DNA of 64,000 nt from Bdellovibrionota bacterium (lineage in GTDB: Bacteria; Bdellovibrionota_C; UBA2361; JAAYZI01). The DNA is taken from the NCBI GenBank assembly GCA_050950765.1, contig JBMNIF010000003.1:64001-128000 (forward strand), given 5' to 3'. The translations under genes and the position numbers were made by a program. Under the pieces are notes generated by a model. The model saw nothing but the letters and a program-made list of their open reading frames with translations. It was not told the DNA's origin and made no database searches. Shown here piece by piece: positions 59,211-64,000 of the stretch. Numbering within the stretch: the stretch's first letter is position 1; every line of letters starts with the position of its first letter.

Positions 59211-62200
59211 ATGTTAATAAGTGAATTACAAGGTTATTTAAAGAAGCAAGCCCCCTACTCTGTGCTGGATACGGGGGTAGAGCTTGCCGACAACGGTTTT
59301 GTTAACAATCTTCAAAAAGAAGGTCGGCTTGTTCAAGGAGTTATATCAGATAAAAATGCAGAGACTTTTGCTGCATCCTTAGAAATTATCAGCCCCGCTC
59401 AACTTAAAGCCACTTGTGCCTGCTGCAGTACTGAAGATCTGGAAGAGCAGTGGTGTGCGCACGTAGTAGCACTACTGATTGAAGCGGTAGAAGAACACCT
59501 CATCAACCCCTATTCAGATCTGGCCATTCAAGATACATATCGCATTAACACCTCCTCTCCGGTAGAGATCGCCTCCATTCTCCGTCAAGTCCCGATCAAT
59601 AAAGAACACAAGCCAACAGAAGAAGCGTTTTATCCAGATGTGACAATTTTATTAGATCTTCAGAGGGAACGCTTGGGAGTTCAAGTGCTTTTTAACGGAG
59701 ATATTCAATACCCCGCTTTTAAAAATCAGAACGGTGCTGTTTCTTCACGTGCTTTAGATCGGATCTTTATGCAGATCTTAGAGGATGAAGGGCATTGGGA
59801 TGATGAAATGAACCTGTGGTTTATCAATTCCAGTAAAGAGATGGAACTTATTCTGGGAATTGCACAGGAGTATAAAAATGTACTTACCATAGATACAAAC
59901 AAACAGGTTCAGATCGCTCAAGAAGCGTTAGATGCTCGGATTACAATTGAATGGCTTGAGTCTGCGGCAGAATTAGTTTTGTGGTGGATCTTACCGGATA
60001 ATACCTCCCAAATAAAATTAAATCCGTTACTTGGTTCCGATCCGTACTGGACCGTAATCGGCACAACTATCTACAAGCTATCACTACAAGCCACACAACT
60101 AGCAGCGATCTTTCCTTTCTCCTCTTCCCTTACGATCCCAAAAAGTCAGATGGGGCCGATCTTAGAAGTGCTACAAAGTTCAGAGGATAGGTATGGCAAT
60201 ATCGTCGTTAATAGTGAGGCACAACCTGAGTGCGAAGTAAAAGATCCTACGCCGATCCTTGATATCGCACAATGCGATTCACACGGTGAACACTTTGCTT
60301 CAGATCGTTTATTAGAGCTACGTGCTTTTCTAAAATTTGAATATCCCGATCCGCCAACTGATAGGAATGTTGTCTACATCCCTAATAGAGAACTAGAGCA
60401 GGAGTGTTGCGATCTTCTAACAAACCTCGGATTCTCTATGGACACAGAAGATAATAGCTATCTTATATCAGGTGATGCTGCTCTAGATCTTATATCGACC
60501 AAAGAATCTCCCTTTCCTAAAACGTGGCAGGTTTCAGGGCTTTCCATCATAAAGAAAACTTTACGCTTTGCAGACCTATCTCTCAGTATAGATCTTTCAG
60601 CGCACTCCGATGATAAAGATACGAAAAGAAAGAAAACAACCGGCATTAATTGGTTTGATTGTAATATCTCCCTTACTCAAAATTGTGCCACTGTTCCCTT
60701 AAGTATGATCTTCAGAAACCTGCGCGCAGTTACAGACAAATGGGTCAGGTTAGATAGCGGAGCTTATGCTAAAGTCCCTGGAGGCGGTCTAGCACAATTA
60801 AAGACCACTCTCGGTATGTTGGATCCGAACTATAAACTTAGCAAATCCATAGATACCCAGATTAGCACAGCTCAAGCGGTTAATTTCGCGCGTATTATCG
60901 ATCCATTTGTTAGCGTAAAGATGGATCAGAATTTAAAAACATTAACCACTAAATTACAAAACTTTAAAACGATTACAGCCATAGAGCCTAGCAAAAAATT
61001 TGCAGGAAAACTCCGCCCATACCAAAAGGAAGGATTAAGTTGGATGAACTTCCTAGCTGATTATGGATTGGATGGTATCTTGGCAGACGAAATGGGACTC
61101 GGTAAAACAGTTCAAACTCTTGCTCTTTTGCAAAGACTAAAATACACCACTTCTTCACATAAAAAGTTGCGCGATCCGGCGCTAATTATCGCTCCGACAT
61201 CAGTTATAACGAACTGGATGTATGAGGCTAAACGTTTTACTCCCGACTTAAAGGTTCTCTTACTACACGGCCCTGACCGTCGACATCATTTTGCAAATTT
61301 ACAAGATTACGACTTAGTTATCACCTCTTATGCACTTTTACGCTTAGATCGCTACGAGCTGGAACGTTATACTTGGAGCTACCTCATCTTAGATGAAGCT
61401 CAAAATATAAAAAATCCACAGGCTGCTACTACGAAAGCAGCTAAAGCACTTAATACTTCACGTAGATTAGCTTTAACAGGTACCCCAACGGAGAATCGTC
61501 CGATGGAGTTGTGGTCGATCATGGATTTTTTAATGCCGGGATATTTAGGAACTCACGATTTCTTTAAGAATTATATTGAAAAACCTATTATGGAACACGG
61601 GCCAGCTACTGAAATGGGGCAAGTTTTAAACTTAAAAACGAAACCTTTCCTCTTACGCCGTGTTAAATCTGAGGTGGAAAAAGATCTACCTGCTAAGATT
61701 GAATCAGTTTTACGCGTCCCGATGACGAATTCACAACGTCAACTTTATGTCAGCATCTTAAATGAGGTCAGACCTAAAGTCTTTGCAGAGGTCGAAAGAA
61801 AAGGGATCGCAGGCGCAACAGTTTCAATTTTATCAGCCCTGCTCCGCTTGCGGCAGGTCTGCAACCATCCGAATTCAATTGAAGCACTGAGCCTATCTGA
61901 AGAGTATGACTCCGGTAAGTTTAATTTACTAAAAGAGCTCGTTACAGAAGCTGTCGAAGCAAAACGTAAGATACTACTTTTTAGCCAGTTTAGAGCGATG
62001 CTAAGCATTATCTGCGATTGGTTAGATACACAATCATTTAAATACCTTTACTTAGATGGCACAACAAAAAACAGACAGGATATCGTTGATCGTTTTAATG
62101 AAGATGAAGAGCAACGTCTTTTCGTTATCAGCCTAAAGGCAGGTGGAACCGGTTTAAATCTAACAGCAGCGGATACCGTTATAATCTACGATCCGTGGTG

Positions 62201-62438
62201 GAATCCGGCAGTCGAAAGTCAGGCTGTTGATCGTGCACATAGAATAGGTCAGACCAAGAAAGTTTCGGTCTATCGACTGGTGACTGAAGATTCTGTTGAA
62301 CAAAAGATCATGGATCTAAAGAGGAAAAAGGCCCAAATAGTTGATGCCTTAATAAATAATAACGGACTGACTAGCTTAACTTTATCAAAGAAAGATCTGG
62401 AGAACTTCTTTAGTGGATTTCCAGTGGAAGAAGCATAA
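59211..62438 (+). CDS. SNF2-family helicase/ATPase with N-terminal SWIM-like zinc finger
   Basis: CACC...WCAH; LRPYQKEG, ILADEMGLGKT, LDEAQNIKN, LTGTPTEN, SLKAGGTGLNLT, DRAHRIGQ. Confidence 0.95.
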   Translation: MLISELQGYLKKQAPYSVLDTGVELADNGFVNNLQKEGRLVQGVISDKNAETFAASLEIISPAQLKATCACCSTEDLEEQWCAHVVALLIEAVEEHLINPYSDLAIQDTYRINTSSPVEIASILRQVPINKEHKPTEEAFYPDVTILLDLQRERLGVQVLFNGDIQYPAFKNQNGAVSSRALDRIFMQILEDEGHWDDEMNLWFINSSKEMELILGIAQEYKNVLTIDTNKQVQIAQEALDARITIEWLESAAELVLWWILPDNTSQIKLNPLLGSDPYWTVIGTTIYKLSLQATQLAAIFPFSSSLTIPKSQMGPILEVLQSSEDRYGNIVVNSEAQPECEVKDPTPILDIAQCDSHGEHFASDRLLELRAFLKFEYPDPPTDRNVVYIPNRELEQECCDLLTNLGFSMDTEDNSYLISGDAALDLISTKESPFPKTWQVSGLSIIKKTLRFADLSLSIDLSAHSDDKDTKRKKTTGINWFDCNISLTQNCATVPLSMIFRNLRAVTDKWVRLDSGAYAKVPGGGLAQLKTTLGMLDPNYKLSKSIDTQISTAQAVNFARIIDPFVSVKMDQNLKTLTTKLQNFKTITAIEPSKKFAGKLRPYQKEGLSWMNFLADYGLDGILADEMGLGKTVQTLALLQRLKYTTSSHKKLRDPALIIAPTSVITNWMYEAKRFTPDLKVLLLHGPDRRHHFANLQDYDLVITSYALLRLDRYELERYTWSYLILDEAQNIKNPQAATTKAAKALNTSRRLALTGTPTENRPMELWSIMDFLMPGYLGTHDFFKNYIEKPIMEHGPATEMGQVLNLKTKPFLLRRVKSEVEKDLPAKIESVLRVPMTNSQRQLYVSILNEVRPKVFAEVERKGIAGATVSILSALLRLRQVCNHPNSIEALSLSEEYDSGKFNLLKELVTEAVEAKRKILLFSQFRAMLSIICDWLDTQSFKYLYLDGTTKNRQDIVDRFNEDEEQRLFVISLKAGGTGLNLTAADTVIIYDPWWNPAVESQAVDRAHRIGQTKKVSVYRLVTEDSVEQKIMDLKRKKAQIVDALINNNGLTSLTLSKKDLENFFSGFPVEEA

Positions 62439-62466
62439 CCTCCCGTCCACTAGACTTTGCTTATAT

Positions 62467-62507
62467 ACCTGTAAGGCAAGAGACCTCCCCTGCCTTACAG
62501 GTGTTTT
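62467..62507 (+). terminator. Terminator hairpin between the SNF2 gene and minE
   Basis: ACCTGTAAGGCA / TGCCTTACAGGT 12-bp stem followed by GTTTT. Confidence 0.75.
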
Positions 62508-62512
62508 AAGAT

Positions 62513-62938
62513 TTAAACTGCTACGGAAGTTGGTTCAGATTGATCCTTATTTTCTTTATCTTTACTATCTTTACTTTCCTTAGCACCCTCTTTATTGCTA
62601 GAAGCCTTACCTTTTGCACCTTTTGAAGGAGAATGAACCCTTTCAGAACCAACACTTCCACCTGGAACATCTTGTCGCCTAACAACTATCGGAGAGTCTA
62701 TAACAAGTTTTGTAGTATTATTCTCTCGTTTGTACGTAACATCAAAACCTTGTTTATCAACGACAAAATACTTCTCAAGTACTCCCATTAACTCACTCTT
62801 AAAAGCCGACATTTCAGGAGCCGTTAATCCAGTTCGATCTTGAACAAGAACAAAACTAAGCCTACTCATCGCCTGTTTGTTGCTCTTCCCTGTCGTATCA
62901 CTTCTGCCAAATAATGCTCGTCTTATTCTGTTAAACAC
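62513..62938 (-). CDS. minE: Cell division topological specificity factor MinE (C-terminally extended)
   Basis: AMSRLSFVLVQDR, ELMGVLEKY; directly downstream of minD. Confidence 0.8.
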   Translation of the reverse strand: MFNRIRRALFGRSDTTGKSNKQAMSRLSFVLVQDRTGLTAPEMSAFKSELMGVLEKYFVVDKQGFDVTYKRENNTTKLVIDSPIVVRRQDVPGGSVGSERVHSPSKGAKGKASSNKEGAKESKDSKDKENKDQSEPTSVAV

Positions 62939-62957
62939 CCTGATACCCCCCTATGGA

Positions 62958-63785
62958 TTAAAGACCCATTCCAATACGACGTCCGATCCTGCCCCAGAAC
63001 CCCTGCGGTTGAATAAACTCATCAAGAGAAACCGATTCACCACATAGGCGATCTGCCATTCTATTAAAAGCAAACCCTGCACGTGATTTATTATTATACA
63101 CGACAGGCTCGCCGTTATTCGCCGCCACGATAATATTGTCATCTTTAGCGACAACTCCTAAAACGTCAATACCAAGAATTTCTTGAACGTTTTCAACGGA
63201 GAGCATATCCCCTTTTCTAACTAAGTCGAAATCCATCCGATTGATTACCAACTCAGGTTGAATGTCACGAACATTTAACAATCCGATCACACGATCGGCA
63301 TCTCTAATAGCAGAGATCTCCGGTGTTGTGACAATAATGGCTGAATTGGCACCAGCACAAGCATTCTTAAAACCCTGCTCAATACCGGCAGGAGAGTCAA
63401 TTAAGATAAAATTGAACTCTCTTGAATACTGCTGCAAAACTTTAATTATCTCCTCTTCATTAATCACACCCTTATCATCAGTTTGAGAGGCTGGTAATAG
63501 AAAAAGGTTGCTGGATTTTTTTGATTTTACGAGCGCTTGCGAAGGCTTACAAACCTCTTTAGCAACATCTACTAAATTAAAAACGATCCTGTTCTCTAAT
63601 CCCAAAATGACATCAAGGTTCCTTAGACCGATATCAGCGTCAATCACAAGAGTGCGCTTCCCCTTCATCGCCAACGCCGCTCCTAGGCTGGCAGTGGTTG
63701 TGGTCTTACCAACACCACCTTTACCAGAAGTAACAACAATCACCTCTCCTTCACCTTTTTTACCATTCCGCAGACTCATAGACAT
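62958..63785 (-). CDS. minD: Septum site-determining ATPase MinD
   Basis: TSGKGGVGKTT, DADIGLRNLD, DSPAGIEQGF, TTPEISAIRDADR, C-terminal amphipathic helix. Confidence 0.97.
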   Translation of the reverse strand: MSMSLRNGKKGEGEVIVVTSGKGGVGKTTTTASLGAALAMKGKRTLVIDADIGLRNLDVILGLENRIVFNLVDVAKEVCKPSQALVKSKKSSNLFLLPASQTDDKGVINEEEIIKVLQQYSREFNFILIDSPAGIEQGFKNACAGANSAIIVTTPEISAIRDADRVIGLLNVRDIQPELVINRMDFDLVRKGDMLSVENVQEILGIDVLGVVAKDDNIIVAANNGEPVVYNNKSRAGFAFNRMADRLCGESVSLDEFIQPQGFWGRIGRRIGMGL

Positions 63786-63853
63786 CCTCTTTACAGAATA
63801 AAAAAATCAATCATAAACTAAAAAACGTCTTCCAAACTCCGTCTTAAAAAAGA

Positions 63854-64000
63854 CTAAAACCTCCGCATTTTGCTTAAAGCCGTCTTGGCATGATATGGCT
63901 CAACCACTATCGTGCTACCATCAACTCTGGCAATTTCAGGGCACTTACCATTCTCCGGAGTACCTCGAGATATCACAACTCCGATACGTAACTGCGTCGG
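63854..64000 (-). CDS. minC: MinC C-terminus (partial, runs off window)
   Basis: Minus-strand translation PTQLRIGVVISRG...PEIARVDGSTIVVEPY...RRF*, directly upstream of minD. Confidence 0.8.
   Translation of the reverse strand, partial: PTQLRIGVVISRGTPENGKCPEIARVDGSTIVVEPYHAKTALSKMRRF

Noticed and set aside
245..63801. Numerous 60-145 aa ORFs antisense to or out of frame within recognised genes
   Set aside because: They are largely nested in well-supported CDSs and have no motifs of their own.

Overview
A 64-kb AT-rich bacterial chromosomal segment, mostly housekeeping: ilvB-ilvN-ilvC, pfk, pgk, coaX, birA, pbpC, nadC, dnaE, the [FeFe]-hydrogenase maturation genes hydE/hydG/hydF, murJ, a FliH/SctL-FliI/SctN pair, srkA, dtd, metX, trkH, tRNA-Ser(CGA), a rearranged partial his cluster (HisD-HisC fusion, hisH remnant), a VirB2/TrbC-like pilin, an RRM protein, a SNF2 helicase and minCDE. 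Three non-housekeeping structures stand out. (1) At 12998-15221 is a tandem array of three self-contained units. Each has a near-identical sigma70 promoter, ~175-nt structured leader and terminator, wrapped around a highly divergent small ORF of an unrecognised family, and each leader is complementary to its terminator over 17 nt. This is the best candidate for an undescribed system. (2) An apparently intact IS1634-family element with TIRs and a 6-bp TSD sits inside a ~45-bp tandem repeat between ilvN and ilvC. (3) Two same-orientation arrays of a GGTGCCACCC-cored repeat bracket srkA. All protein calls come from motif recognition by eye; no database search was run.
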